Of a stretch of DNA of 64,000 bases, positions 1 through 20,292 are shown one piece after another (position 1 is the first letter of the stretch; every line of letters starts with the position of its first letter). The notes beneath the pieces were generated by a model, which worked only from the letters and a program-made list of their open reading frames with translations, made no database searches and was not told the DNA's origin. The translations under genes and the position numbers were made by a program. This DNA comes from the human T2T-CHM13v2.0 reference genome, Homo sapiens. The DNA lies in assembly GCF_009914755.1 (NCBI RefSeq), contig NC_060940.1; one strand, written 5' to 3'.

Positions 1-339
1 AAAAACGCCACACCTGGATCCAGCCAGAGTGATGGGCACTCATGGGAGTCTCAGCCAGAAGATATCCAAGTTTCTTCCCCCTCCCCCAAAAAACTGAATT
101 TTAAGAGGCCAAATACTGTATTATCCCAGTTCCTGTGGAAATGTCAACAGCTCTAAATTCAAGTGATCCACAGTTTCTGTCTGGATTGGGTTGGTAACCC
201 AAACTGAGGACTAATTTCTGTGCAAAAACACTGTAGGTCCACTCATGGAATCATATACCTCGATTACTGGTATAAAAACACAGATCAAGCTACTTGTACA
301 ACTTGCTGTGATATTTAAATATGCAGCAGATGGGGCTCA

Positions 340-873
<534 letters not shown>

Positions 874-1529
874 CTTTTTTTTTTTTTTTTTTTTTAAAGA
901 GGATCTGAAATATCAGAAACAGAGACCGGAGGCAAGGCACGGAGAGGGGGTCCCCTTGAAGCATAAGATTAAAGGGCTCTGCTGGACAAAGTGGAAATGG
1001 CCACATTTGGGCACAGAGATGTACAGACTGGGCCTCCGAAAGTTGCATAAACCTTTCCCACAAGGAATTCACATTCAGCTGATAGTGGCGTTTTCCTCAC
1101 TTACTCTTATTAGGTAACAGATTAGGGTCTCACTGTTTAATAATTGTTTTATTAAAACTAAAGAAAGTTTGGGAACCAAATGGCTCCAAAAGCCATTTGT
1201 CCTCCAAGCGACTACAGGGCAAAGTAGTGAGAATCATGCCCATCTCTCTGAAATAAACAATCAATTCAGGGGCTTCTTTCTACAGCCCAAATGTTGGCTA
1301 GATGGAACAGAAGTGACTCAATCTGTCAAATACAAAATCAGGAGTCACCCCTTCCAGTTTCAGTTCATCGTTCAAATGGAATCATATCCTTCCTCTGTTT
1401 GGCTTTTCTATGGGAACTGCGCCTTTTTACTACAGCTAATGTTATCAGAAGATACAAGGGGAAGGAGGAAAAACGTGGCTTAATTGTGAAACACGCATAA
1501 CCCTCTGCACCACAGCGGCTTGAGGGTTA

Positions 1530-1676
<147 letters not shown>

Positions 1677-1685
1677 TCAGCGTTA

Positions 1686-1835
<150 letters not shown>

Positions 1836-2335
1836 CTAAGTAATGAAAAGATAAAATAAGTGCTTTCAAGAAAGCATAAAAGGTCTGCTACCACAAAGGA
1901 AGAGAGGAGAAAGTTGCATCATTGTTCTCAACTGTCCCCAGCTGGCCCCCATGTTCTTGCTCTCATTCCCACCCCAACTCCCTCATCTGTGAATTCACTC
2001 ACAGTGAGGACACTGGCCCTAATCTAGGACCAACCAAATACTGACGGGAGGTTAACAAAAGTGGCCTTAATGCAAGAAGCCTGTCATTTACAGAACACCT
2101 TCTCAGGAAATGGTCCCGAGGGGTCACCCAGGGCCTTCCCAACTCTCAGCACAATGAGAAAGGAATGCTGGTCCAGATACAAGACCAGAGGCAGACTGTG
2201 GGCCTTCAGGGAGCTCAATTCTACAAAGGTGAGGCTATTTATGTCTCGAATTTTCCCTCTATACTTGTAGAGCTAGAAAGGGTGAGAGATCTAGCATCTA
2301 AATAGGCATGCAGACTTTTTTGAAGAACCACCTAA

Positions 2336-2433
2336 TGCCTGTAATGCCAACACTCTGGGAGGCTGAGGCAGAAGGATGCTTGAGCCCAGGAGCTCAAGAC
2401 CAGTCTGGGCAATATAGTGAGACCCTGTCTCTA

Positions 2434-2499
<66 letters not shown>

Positions 2500-2650
2500 G
2501 AGTTGGGCGTGGTGACATACACCTGTAATCCTAGCTACTTGGGGGGCTGAGGTGGGAGGATCACTTGAGCCCAGGAGGTCTACGCTGTCGTGGGCTGTGA
2601 TGGTGCCACTGCACTCCAGCCTGGGTGACAGAGCGAGACCCTGTCTCGAA
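2336..2650 (+). mobile_element. Alu (J-like), 5'-truncated, with A-tract/(TA)n expansion in the linker
   Basis: Alu arms; flanking direct repeat aagaaccacctaa (about 2323 and 2652). Confidence 0.93.
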
Positions 2651-2991
2651 AAAGAACCACCTAAAATGTGGCTGGATGCGTCTTCTGTTTGGAGCAAGCA
2701 GGTGACACTGGAGCTGTCTACACTAGCAGCTTGGGGAGTAAGCGCAGAGTCATGGACTGCTCCGTTCACAGGCCTGCTGGACTCCCTGAGATCAGGCCGC
2801 GGCAGGAAGAGCTGGAGAAGGATCCTCCTCCTCAGCCAAGTGGCAATGCGCAAGCATCACAGTGGGACCCAGAAGGGAAGGGTTGGCTGCCGAATGGTTC
2901 CTTAGCTCCACATGTCATGCACCCCAGAGGCCTCAGGAGGTCCTGCCAGGAGGCAGGAAAGACTGGCCCAGGGCTCCCCCAGCCCCCATCA

Positions 2992-3186
<195 letters not shown>

Positions 3187-3276
3187 CTATTAAGAAAAGA
3201 AAGATTCACATCAGATACCGTCACCAAAACCCCAAGCCTTCTCTTTATGACCCATAGTTACATTAATTTGGACTCA

Positions 3277-3432
<156 letters not shown>

Positions 3433-3869
3433 CTAAAAACAAATATCTGTGAGTGAGCATAAAAGCAAACCGCTGGCCTTACACCTGGTCTTGAAATTTG
3501 GACCTAGCATGGGGTTTAACTTAATACTCCTGTTTCCCAAGAACTAAGTCCCACTCGCTGTCACACTTGAATGCTCTCTGCAATAGTGACAAAACACACA
3601 GCAGCCTGGCAGGACTGACCAGCTGGACACATGGGAGATGCACTGAGGATGTATCTAAAGTCAGTCTGGCTTTGGATGAGGCTGTCAATTATTTTAACAT
3701 CTCAGAGTAATGTGGTCAAGATGTGAGTGGTGACAATTCTGAAACTAAGCAAGAAATGGCATGTCAGGTGAAATGGCGAGCTAATTATTAAAATTAGTTC
3801 CAAGATGTTTCAATGAACTGTGGAAAGCATGCAGTCAAGACCAAGCAAGTGTCCACACATGTGACCTAC

Positions 3870-3937
3870 CCTTGAGACTTGAAAAACTGCAGCAACATTG
3901 GATCTGTGTTGAGCCTCTGTGCAACTGTCTTTGCAAC
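3870..3937 (-). CDS. USP7: USP7 exon 23 (68 nt; [23 protein letters not shown]), UBL3
   Basis: cttag|GTTGCA ... AGG|gtaggt. Confidence 0.97.
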
Positions 3938-4292
3938 CTAAGACACAGAAAGGAAGGTTCACATTTTGGGGAAAAATTGAAACTTGGTCATAAACTTCAT
4001 GCTTAATTACTTAAAATGTGCCATGAGCAGCCTGAATTTAAATTCCCTAGAAATTTATTAAACAGGAATAAACTATATTATTCCTTAATGAATCACCATG
4101 GGAGTAGCATATCTGATGAAGATAACTTTGGAAAGGGTTTTCACTTTTAATGGTGAGGTCTACAGGTTCTTTTCTGATGGCGATTATTCTAGCTCCCAAG
4201 GCAGAGAGCCTGAATCCATCAGTGGGAGATTTCCTCGGGCATAGCCCCTTCTGAACCAAAACCATGAGATAGCTTCTTCAACAAGCATTTTA

Positions 4293-4574
<282 letters not shown>

Positions 4575-5226
4575 TCATCTTTTACACAACAGTGACACCA
4601 ACAGGCTCTCTTGCAAGATAAATTCAGGTTCCCCTTTGAGGGGGCCAGGCATCTGCCTGAGCTCCCTCTGTAAGCGAGGCAAGTATGCATGGGGATGCAC
4701 TGAGCCAGGCGCAATGTAGTGGCTTTACATTCTCATCCCACTACAAAACAAAACCCCCTTAGGTAACAGCACCTGCTCTCCTCAACAGGAGCAGACCCAG
4801 ACGCAGTGTCTTGCCCACAGACCTGACAGGTGGTGGAGCCCAGTCTCTGACCGTGAGTCAGGAAATCTGGGCTTTCGTGTGCCATCGAGCCACTTTCAGA
4901 CACTGAGTGTCTAAGACCAAAGACTGGCTGGTTTACATGAAGACAGACTGAAATGAATTACCCAAGTAGGTACATTCTAAGGAGTTTCGATTTCATAAAT
5001 CTCAGGGGAAGGAAGCAATTGTTCCCACTCTACTAATAGTTGCCACGTGCACTTGAGACATTTTAAGGAATTTTTAAGAAATTGAGAAGAGCTTTATGAG
5101 ATGAAAATGTTCACCACACCTAATTTCAAAACCCAGAGAAAGCCTCTCAACAGTTACATTAAAAAAAACAAAAACAAAAACGTGGCTCGGGATCTAGGTA
5201 CAAATGTTTCTTGGTTCTACAACTTA

Positions 5227-5379
<153 letters not shown>

Positions 5380-5633
5380 CTACAGTGAAAGATATAAAAT
5401 TGTTACACTGCAAGTTTGTCTAACGTTTAATATGGCCAGATAGTCTTCCATGTATTTAAGTATTTTCTCTACACCCAATTCTATCCACCTTTTAAGTTAA
5501 AATGTTAACAGGAAAAGCTAAATGAATAAATCCACAAATATGTAACAATCAGATTTGATTCTACAACAGGTAAAAAAAAAAAATTCACAAATCTAAATAT
5601 GTCATTCTCAAGATCATCTGAGGCCCTGAGTTA

Positions 5634-5825
<192 letters not shown>

Positions 5826-5861
5826 TTAAATGTGTAGCTGTAATGTACTGAGCAAAATCTA

Positions 5862-6008
<147 letters not shown>

Positions 6009-6376
6009 TTAAGATCCAAACACTCAGCACAATGCTTAAAAAACAAAAAAACAAACAAACAAAAAAACGAAAAAAAAACAGTAAGCTGAATAGCTCAATG
6101 ACAAGTGAAATGACAGCTTAAGGTACCTAAAAGTTACTTCAGATGTGGCTTATTCACGAAGCTGAGGCTATTACCGCTGAGTTTCCAAACATCAGACCCA
6201 TGGAAACCCACTACATTTAGACAGTCAAGACGGTACTGAGTGCAGCAAACTTAGAATTCCTAGTTCTGAGACCTGGACTGACTGGCTGGAAGAGCGTTGC
6301 CATGGGAAGATTGCGCATGGTCTTGTGTCTTTGCCAGAAGTGACCACTCACAGCAATAAAAGTCTGTCATTTTATA

Positions 6377-6550
6377 GCAAGGGTCAGCAAATTCCGATCC
6401 ACCTGTTTTGTCGATAAAGTTGTACTGGAAGACAGCCAGCTCGTTCATTTATATAGTCTTTGTGGCCGCCTTAGTACAGACAGAAAGGCCTGAAACGCCT
6501 GAGATATTGCCTATGTGGTCCCTGACAGACAACGTTTGCAACCCTGCTCT
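6377..6550 (+). mobile_element. MER58A-like hAT-Charlie DNA transposon relic
   Basis: cagggtcagcaaa...ataaagttgtactggaa...tttgcaaccctg resembles the MER58A consensus as I recall it. Confidence 0.65.
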
Positions 6551-6789
6551 TTAGGATCTGACCAACGTGATTAGCACAGCACAGCAGCTGAGACTGAAGA
6601 CAGAACAGGACGGCCCCACGTGGCTGCTACTGTCTCCGGGCCTCACAGGAAACTCGCAGCCAAGTCAGTCTTATTTGACTTCATCAGGAAGTCTAGTGAG
6701 CTTTTGTGGAATTGATCAACACATCTTTCTGCAAGGGAAGAAGGCTTAACCCTGTGTGTTTAGAACAACAATCCAGGAATCCAACGCTA

Positions 6790-6933
<144 letters not shown>

Positions 6934-7078
6934 CTATTTCCAAAAGAGACGCTGATTTTAGAAGAGTCTAATGGCTTAGGTGACAGAGCGAAAAACTACA
7001 GTCAAGTATTGAAGAAAACGTCCAATTCTAGTTAAGTGGACCAAAAGGGAAACAAGCTGCACTAAGTGCAGAGGACTA

Positions 7079-7240
<162 letters not shown>

Positions 7241-7353
7241 TTAAGAGTAGATTAAAATAAAAACATGCTCATATTTTAGTCCTCTATATTACACACACAT
7301 ATGTATATACATATACATATATATATATAGTCAATGTTAAGACTGTGATCGTA

Positions 7354-7699
<346 letters not shown>

Positions 7700-7938
7700 T
7701 TATCCTTCAGGATCGAATGCCCATTTACAAAAATAAAGAGGGGGTAGGGGTGCAGGGAGTGGAGTGGGAGATGAGGAAAAGGGGTGAAAACATGTCTGCA
7801 AAATCCTGTGGGTTCCCCTGTGCAGGAGTCAGGGGCTCAATGGTTTTCTTGCACTTTCTCAGGCAGGAAATGTTCCTGGGTCACACTCCTCACTGTTAGG
7901 CAGTGGCTGGACACAGCACCTACCCCCAAAGGCAATCA

Positions 7939-8217
<279 letters not shown>

Positions 8218-8342
8218 TTAAACACTAAAACGCTGAAAACTCATTTTTTGTTCCAAAGAAACTTCTTCAGAAGACCAATGAAGAAAAACCGCATAAAATG
8301 ACCAAAACCTAAATCAGGTATTTATTTAGAAAAGGAGGCTGT

Positions 8343-8645
<303 letters not shown>

Positions 8646-8897
8646 GGAGACTGTGTTTCACTGCAATAACTTAACTCACCTATAAATTGGACCTAGCTAG
8701 ACAGCCAACGGTGAGATGACCTCCTCCCTTTCTCCAACCCCCTCAGTACTTTTTGAAGCAACCTGACGTGCACTTAATCACTTCTCTGTCTGGTGGCCTG
8801 ACTTCTGACAACCAAGTCTTTACTCCTGAACTGGCTCTGCCCGCCACCAACAGGGCCAGGTGTTACAAATACTCAGGCAGCTGCCCAGGGCAGCTCA

Positions 8898-9733
<836 letters not shown>

Positions 9734-9927
9734 AATCTATTAACATGAAATTACTTGGTACCATAAGTCTGCATCGAAACGCGCAAGCCCAACCCTGCTC
9801 ATTTCTGCGCTGCTGTGAATACAATGGAATAAGCATAAAATGTGTTTGGACAGAAAAGGATATTGGAGATTCATGGTACAAATGTCCAAGTCCACCACAG
9901 TAAAGAACAGAACAAAAGTGAACACTA

Positions 9928-10134
<207 letters not shown>

Positions 10135-11150
10135 CTAGAAGGCAGCGTTGTTCTAAAATGTGTGAACTTCTAGGTATGCCCCTAGTTGAAAAAATATCCA
10201 TGTGTGTTCTTATACAGGCACACAATCTGACGGTGTGCTAGGCAGGCAGCGCCTCAGGCATCCGCTCATACAATTCACCAGGACCTTCGCAGTCCCCATT
10301 CAACATTCTGTGGGCACTGCTACCATTCGCCCAATGGCAATTTTTATAATCTACTGAAATAGCCCATTTTCCACTTACATTCAATCTACTGACACTACCA
10401 ACTCTTTACAGAATTAAAAAGGCCATACTGAGCACATCAAACGAGAGTTCAAATTTTATCCTTTAGTTATCAAACTAAATGAGCTGTTTTATCCTATCCC
10501 ATGGCATTTTATGGAAGCAAGTTAAGGGCCAGACTGAAGTCAACGTAGCATGTTCCTAACAGTTATCTTCCCATCTGCGTTGTGGATGCAGCCACATTAA
10601 ACAGTGATGAACGCTGCTGTTACACGCACTCTTCACTGTTCTCTCGTGCTGTCGGGTCCCTCCACCAAATCCCCTTGGCAGGAGCTCGGTGCTGGCCCTG
10701 TGGTCTTGGGGGTAGATTCCAAGACCCTCATCTGCCAAATGAGTATGGCGCCCTCTACACTCCCAAGAGTGGTGGTGAAGACTGCATGAGATCCCCATGA
10801 GAGGAAACAAGGTAGGACCAGGGGGCACGCAGAGGGACATGCGACCAGCCAGCCTCCCCGACTGGGCCCACCGCATGGGTAATTATCCCACGAGCATTCA
10901 GAAGAAAATATAAGTGTCTCATATGACATATAAGGGATTCTGTAGGGCCCAACATTGATTACTCACAAAGAGACGCACAAATGCTAATTTACTATTTACC
11001 TTCAAATCTCAGCAATTAAATGGATGGGAAAACAGCATTTAGCAGCCAGAGAATACATAGATCAGTTAGGGGTCCCTGACAAGGTTCCGAGTAGGAACCA
11101 GAACAGGCTGAAGCAGAGCTTGTGTTAACTTTCTGATGAGCTTGCATTCA

Positions 11151-11354
<204 letters not shown>

Positions 11355-12319
11355 TCAGTATTAATTTACACAAAAAATATCACACTTTACAGTAAGTAAG
11401 GCCATTTAATGTACTGGCTCATCTTTAATAGGATAAGCATGAATTGCCTTGGGAAGGCCTATGAAGTACATAACGTAATCCGTACTTGATAGAAATAACT
11501 ATTCCTAGTCAACATAAATATACACTATGAATAATTTAGGGTGGGGGAATTCCAAATATATCAAGAAATGATTCTGAAGGTCGAGGTTAAGACTACTAAG
11601 GATATCTGCAAACTGAGAAACATGAAAAATCAAATTCAGAAAGACATGTAAAAATATTTCCCACTCTGAATATTGACTTAGTTTTAATATTCTACAGACA
11701 TCCTGAAATTGACTTAGTTTTAACTGGCTCTACAAATTTTGATTTACTTGACCAAATTTCACCATCAGTGTTGCAAAATTAACAGAGGCAGGAAGGCAAG
11801 TTAGACGGGTGGGGGCTGGTCTCAAGCACAGCATGCACCCGGCCTGCGAAGCAGCCACCACTCAGCTCACAGCCCCTGCGGCCTTCAGGAATGGTGGCCT
11901 CAAGTTGCCAAACCTTCTGATTCCTAAACGATGCCCAAATCTGAACATTTATGTGAAATCTCACAATTTAAAAAATGTCTGCCACTGGCTCCAACAAAAA
12001 TAAAAACAAAGTGAGGATCCAAAGAAACATACCAACAGGTTGGAATTGGTCTGAAGGCTGCCAGTTTGTGGTTTCTGGCTGAGACAGTTTCTGACCACGG
12101 TAAAGACTGTGAATGGGTGACCAAAGCCTCAGCTGGTAGCAAGTAAAGTGATTTGATTACACTCTCCCTTAAACCTGAAGGCTGAATGACCAACCTATAT
12201 TCCATACAAAGCTGGTGCTCAAACTAATCAGGATAAAAATACTGTATTCTAAATCAGATAAGGTAGTGCACATTGTCACTCCTGCATCTACTATTTTAAC
12301 AACCTAGAAAACTACTTGT

Positions 12320-12597
<278 letters not shown>

Positions 12598-13085
12598 CTA
12601 CTTGTAACTGGCATACAAACAACTACTTTAGCATTCTTGAAAACTCTAGCACATTCTAAAAGTTGACGCCAACTGAGAGACAACAAAATATTGGAAAATC
12701 CTATTTAAACGAATACACTAAAAGTCCCCTCTGAAATAACATTTATAATCGGTCAAAATTAAATTTATTAGAAATCCTGTGAATGCAAGAGCTGTGAAGC
12801 AGAAACAGCCCCATCCTTGTGGACTTAAATCAGCCATAGCTGAGAGCAGGGCTGGGACTGGGCAAAGCATCCTGAGAGGGGAAATGGACTCGGCAGAGGT
12901 TGACCTCTGAAACTTGACATAAAATCATTCCTTTAACACTGCGGCTCTTGGGACACAGAGGTAGAAGGAAAATCTAAATAAATCAGATGTGGGACTGAAA
13001 ATATAAAGACTGAGGAAAGCACTGAGACTAACCCCCTAGACCAGCATGATGATGAAATCTTAACTTTATATCCCACTATAGATTA

Positions 13086-13196
<111 letters not shown>

Positions 13197-14392
13197 CTAA
13201 ACATTGAAAAACAAATGCAAATGTAGTTAGCCTCTACTTACTCCTGGAAGCAATGAAAGCAACAGCGGTTCAGCAAGATTGGAACATGTCTGGAGACTCT
13301 GGAGACAAAGGCAGGGAAGTTTAGGTGTCCATTTAGGGCATCTTTGAAATGTTTTCTTTAGGTCTGTTTATGGGTCTCTTTGTTTATTAAAATAATGCTG
13401 CACCAGCACTGACTGTGAGAGATTCTCTTACCTTGGATTATATTCTAACTCGATGCCCAGCAATCAGGGAAGAAATGGTTAAGGAAATTTAGACAGTCAT
13501 TTGCTGCTGTGTTATACAGTCATTAAACACTGTGCAAATTATGGAGAACCACAGAAAAATCATTAAATGGAAAATCAGAAAACTCTGGTTACAATTACCC
13601 AAGATTAGGTATGCTTATGAAATGCCCAAACAGAACAAGCAGCAATGAACACAACTGATGAGTCGGCAGGATTATAAGCTTCCTTTCCTTGGGCTCTTTG
13701 ATGTTTGCATAAGAACCCATATATCACAGGGCACGCCCTTAGGGCTTATGGTTCAATCCCACTTCTAAGAAAATGTTCTGATTCAGTGTCAGCAAGGCCC
13801 TTCCCCAGCTGACTGCCGGACTCTGTGGGACAGGACACCCCAACTTCTCAACAAGCCTTCTATGGGGACACCGGACTCTAAGCTCTTGCCCTGCTCTATC
13901 ACTGCTCCATCTTGGCCAGCTCTTTGTTCCTCAGTAAAATCAGGCTTTGCCTATCTCGACCACGGCCAGGCGGTCAGGGGCCCTCACTCCATGTCTGACT
14001 CACAGCTCTATTTCCAATGCAGACCTTCCTTCTGGCTGGAAATCCACCTGCCCAGCAGCCAGCGAGAGACCTGGAGGAACTGGGGACCATGACAAGGCAC
14101 ACCCATATGCCAAGGTTCTTTGGTGTACATCAGCTCATGTAAGAGGACAGAGCTATCTCAGGAAAGACAAAAACAGACCTCAGAACCCCTCTCCACAGTG
14201 GGGAAGGACCTGTTTTTAATACAGTCTGAAAGATAAAAGGATTCTGTCTCCACCGCTGTCCACTGAGGCTTCGACTCAAATACATACTGCTCAACCAGAC
14301 CCTAAAACATCCAGAATAGAGAACAGTAATTCTCGTCAACAGACCAGAATATTTCTTCATCACACCAAGTTCTCATTAAAAAGCAACTTTCT

Positions 14393-14694
<302 letters not shown>

Positions 14695-15484
14695 CTATAC
14701 CTCAGTCCCTCAGTCCAACTGGACTGACCTAGCAGAAGAGTACATTTGGAGCTGACAGCTGACTACAAAATGGGTACACAGGCACCATGAACTATATACA
14801 CTGGCAGGCTTTGTAAGCACAGGCCAGACTGACATTTTTAATTATAAATTAGTTGAGTCAATGAGTCAAGGTTATAAGATTACAAAACAGACCCTGGATC
14901 ACTGGATCCATGAGGACACTGCAGATCCAACAGACCAGCCAGACCAGCAGCCAGAAACAGCCCATTTCCCTTCATCCAAGCGGGGGCTGGCCACCTGGTC
15001 GCCCACCATGCTCACTGCTCTCTCAGATGCCCAGAAACCTGGGGGACACAACCCTAGAGAACACACTACTCATTCTAAAGTCGTGATCCTCAGAAAACTA
15101 AATTCATTAAAAATACATTTAAAAATAAAGAAACACAACCTAAACACAGTCCAACTTACTAAGAAATCCCACTTGTGACCAGGAGAAACTGAGGGAAAAC
15201 TGGAGCAGTGACACCAGTAAGGTGAGGAACGGGGAAAGGACAAGATGCCTAAAACCCCACAAGACCCTCCGGACTGCTGGATGTGCTTCTACAGGATAAA
15301 CCAGCTGCACTCCATCTCCCAACATCCCCCTCTCCCTCCCCATTCAATTATCCTACAAACAGAATCCTTGTATATTCTAAATACCAGAAACACATGAAAA
15401 GGCACAAGCAAATTTTTATTTAGCAATTAAAAGAATTGAAAATAAAGAAGAAAGCTACAACAGGACACTAGCACAAAACACTCA

Positions 15485-15646
<162 letters not shown>

Positions 15647-16907
15647 TTAAATCAGCATATTTAGGATTAGCAGAGAAGGTAAACAACACTAACAGTAACT
15701 CTCCCCCTGTAGCCAAGACTGTAGGTAAATGTGCTGTTAGCACCTTTGCTCATTGGCCAAAGGTCATTGGTATCTTTCTTAAGGACATTAAAATGACAAT
15801 ATGGAGGTAACAGTTAAGGTTTTACTGTTATTCGAACAAAGCACATACTGTAAAGCTATGATTATGAAGACAGCTTGGAATTGGGCAGTGTGGACAACCC
15901 CTTGGTCTCAAAAGCAGAGATGCACAAATGTGAATGGCTGGCTGATGTGGCAGAACGACAAGGAAAACCTCGATTTCCTCAGAGGTCAACACGGGGTGGG
16001 GTGGAAGTTGGTCCTGACATCTCCCCACCCCCACCTGTTCCAGGTGGATTGTAGATAAATGGAAAAGGCAAAATAGTAAAACGTAACAATTTTTTAGGAC
16101 ATAAAAAGCAAACAAGGACACACTATTTCCCTAAAATTAAGAATGGTAACATTAAGAGTGAAAGGGCGAGCCACATGCTGAGTGACAAGCTCTCAATCCA
16201 ACACGGAATTGTATATCCAGAGTGTATGGAGAGCTCGTCCTGCTCCGGTCATGAAGGAAAAACGCAACTGCACAACACTGAAAACAGCGCTGTCACGCTC
16301 CGGACACATGCGGTACAGGACAGGGATCCCTGAAGGGACAAATGAGAGCCCCGTGATGGGCCCAGCTCTGCTGAAAGTTTACAGGCTGCAGCCCGGAGAA
16401 GGCAAACCCAGACAGAGCCAAGAAGTGAGAATGAGAGGAGCTCAAGGGAGCGGGAACCTGCTGGGCAGAGTAGCCTAAAGCAGAATGCTGCCCAGAAAGC
16501 GAGATCTGGGGATGTGCAGTTTCTTCCGGAGCTGTCAGTGAGAACTGATCAGTGAACTCGAGGAAATTACCTGGGGCAAGGAAAAGAACCAGCAAGAGGA
16601 TGAGGATTGGGGGGAACAACCTTCAGAGCTCACGACAGGCTGGGAAGTCTGTGTTCCCACCAGCCACCGTGGAAAAACCGCTGAACACCTGGGAGACTCA
16701 GCTAACAACTGAAAGGATGTGGGGACAGGTTATCCCTCAAGTAAAACCTGTTCTCCCACCTAGCAAGGCTTAAAAACAAGCCTCACAGGAAGCAAATGAC
16801 TTACAAGTCACTTATCTGTGCATAAGAGCAAAGGTTAGGAATATCTAACACCCAGCAAGATAAAAACCACCATGCCTGCTGTTCAATAAAAAAGTTACCA
16901 AGCATGT

Positions 16908-17227
16908 GAACCAGTGCAGTGGCTCAGTGGCTCACGCCTGTAATCCCAGCACTTTGGGAGGCAGAGGTACGTGGATCGCCTGAGGTCAGGAGTTCCAGAC
17001 CACCCTGGCCAACATGGTGAAACCCCGTCTCTACTAAAAATGCAAAAATTAGCTGGGTGTGGTGGTGGGCACCCGTAATCCCAGCTACTCAGGAGGCTGA
17101 AAGGAGAATTGCTTGAACCCAGGAGACAAAGGTTGTAGTGAGCTGAGACTGCATGACTGCACTCCAGCCGGGGCGACAGAGTGAGACTCCATGTCAAAAA
17201 AAAAAAAAAGAAAGAAAAAAGAAAATA
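16908..17227 (+). mobile_element. Alu (S-type)
   Basis: Alu consensus; TSD-like ttaccaagcatg. Confidence 0.95.
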
Positions 17228-17401
17228 AACATTACCAAGCATGCAAAGAAGCTGAAACCACCACCCATGATGAAGACAACAATCCTTCAATAGAAACAGA
17301 TGCAGAAATCTCACAGATGACAGAATTAGTAGACAAGAGCATTATCAACTATACTTAAGTCCAAAGGAGAAGAAAGCAAAAGCATACTAAGAAGAGACAC
17401 A

Positions 17402-17510
17402 GGGCTGGGCATGGTCCCAGCACTTCGGGAGGCCAAGGAGGGCAGACTGATTGGGCACAGGACCTCCGAGACTAGCCTGGCCTAACACAGCAAGACCTTG
17501 TCTCCAAATA
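17402..17510 (+). mobile_element. Alu left monomer (FLAM-like)
   Basis: single-arm Alu similarity. Confidence 0.75.
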
Positions 17511-17806
17511 ATTATAATTAATTGATAAATACATAGAAAAAAAAGAAGAGATAAAGATTTTCATTTAAAAAAAATCCAAGTCAAACTTCTAAAAATAAAA
17601 AAAAATTTAAAAAGTTTGAAAATGAAACACCATGGATGGGATTCACAGAGAACTAGACACTGCAGGCAATTAGTGAAGATCAAGACAGAGCAACAGAAAC
17701 CGCAGCACAAAACCCAGAGAAAGGAGACTAGGACATCTGGAGGCTGGGGGTAACCTCAGGCAGCCAGAATCAAACAACTGAAAACCAGTGAGAAGGAAAA
17801 ACCTTA

Positions 17807-18211
<405 letters not shown>

Positions 18212-18491
18212 CTACAGCCCACTTCTCAGAAATGAGGCGAGCAAGAAGACGGTAGAACGTCTAACAGACCGAAGGAAGGAACCTGCCAACCTAGAAGTCT
18301 ACACCGAGTTAAAATGTCTTTCACAACTGCAGATGAAATAAAATCTTTCTAGGCATGCAAGGTGAAAAAACTCATCTCAGCCGACCCGCACTAAATGATT
18401 CCTAACGAGAATCCATATCCAAATTAAAAACGGAGGAGCATTGCAAGCTGTAAATATGTGGGTCAACATAAAGCACTTCCCCTCCTCACTC

Positions 18492-18856
<365 letters not shown>

Positions 18857-19383
18857 TAAAATTGTTAAAGTATTTAAACAAGCATTTTATAAAGGAAGAC
18901 ATCCAAATTGCCAATAAGCATTTGAGAAGGTAAGAACAACCTCACTGATCTTCAAGGAAATACAAACTAAAATGCAGATAGCACTATACTCCCACCAAAA
19001 TCTTTCAAAGTCTGGCAACTGACAGCTCCAGTGTGGGTGTGGAGCAACTGCAACTCTGCCACCTTCCTGATGACTGTGCAATTGATAAACCACTTTGGGA
19101 ATCTCGCTAACTTGATCCATCAAGCTGGACATACGCACACCCTACAGGCCAGTAATCCTCTTCCTCCAAATGCAAACAGGCATTAAGAATGGTCGATCTG
19201 CCTTATGCCTAACCACCTCAAATGGAGACCAACCCAAATATCAAGCAAAAGAAGAAAGATTTCAAAATTTTTGTGGTATATTCTCAAAATGGAATACTAT
19301 AAAGCAACAAAAATGATCAAACTATGACTACTCCCAGCGTGGATGTATCTCATGAATGTGCTGGGCAAAAGGAATCAGACACA

Positions 19384-19686
19384 GGCTGGACATGGCAGCT
19401 CATGTCTAATTCCAGTGCTTTGGGAGCCCAAGGCAGGAAGGTTGCTTAAACCCAGGAGTTCAAGACCAGCCTGAGCAACAAAGTAAGACCCCATCTCTTA
19501 ACCAAAAAAAAAAAATTAGCTGGGTGTGGTGGCACACGCCTGTGTTCCCAGCCACTGGGGAAGCTGAAGCAGGAGGATCGCCTGAGTCCTGGAGTTCGAG
19601 GCTGCACTGAGCTATGGTTGCACCCCAGCCTGTACAGCACAACAAGACCCTATCTCAAAAAACAACAGCGAAATAAACAAACAAAT
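19384..19686 (+). mobile_element. Alu (J-like)
   Basis: Alu consensus. Confidence 0.93.
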
Positions 19687-19973
19687 ACATCCTACTACAA
19701 GGTTCTATTTAAACAGACACCTAAAACATGCAAAGTTAACCCAGGGTGTTAGAAGTCCACGTGGTGGTTTCCTGTGAGGAGAGGGGAGGTGGTGGCTGGG
19801 AAGGGCTGTGGGAGTGCTGGCCAACACCAGAGCTGGGTGGAGGTAACAAGCCTGTGTTCACCCAGTGAGCTGTTTGCTTAAGATCTGAGCCATTCTCTGT
19901 GTTTAGACTATTTAAAAAAACATCACTTGTGTAAATGAAACATTAAAACACAGTAGAAATCATCAAAAGATCA

Positions 19974-20120
<147 letters not shown>

Positions 20121-20172
20121 CTAGTAATAGTCAAAAAATTCACATTCTAAAACCTTTAAAAATCATCTTTTA

Positions 20173-20292
<120 letters not shown>

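Noticed and set aside
7741-7770. G-quadruplex-like run GGGGTAGGGGTGCAGGGAGTGGAGTGGG
   Set aside because: One loop is 8 nt, the run is on the non-RNA-like strand, and such motifs are common; nothing else supports function.
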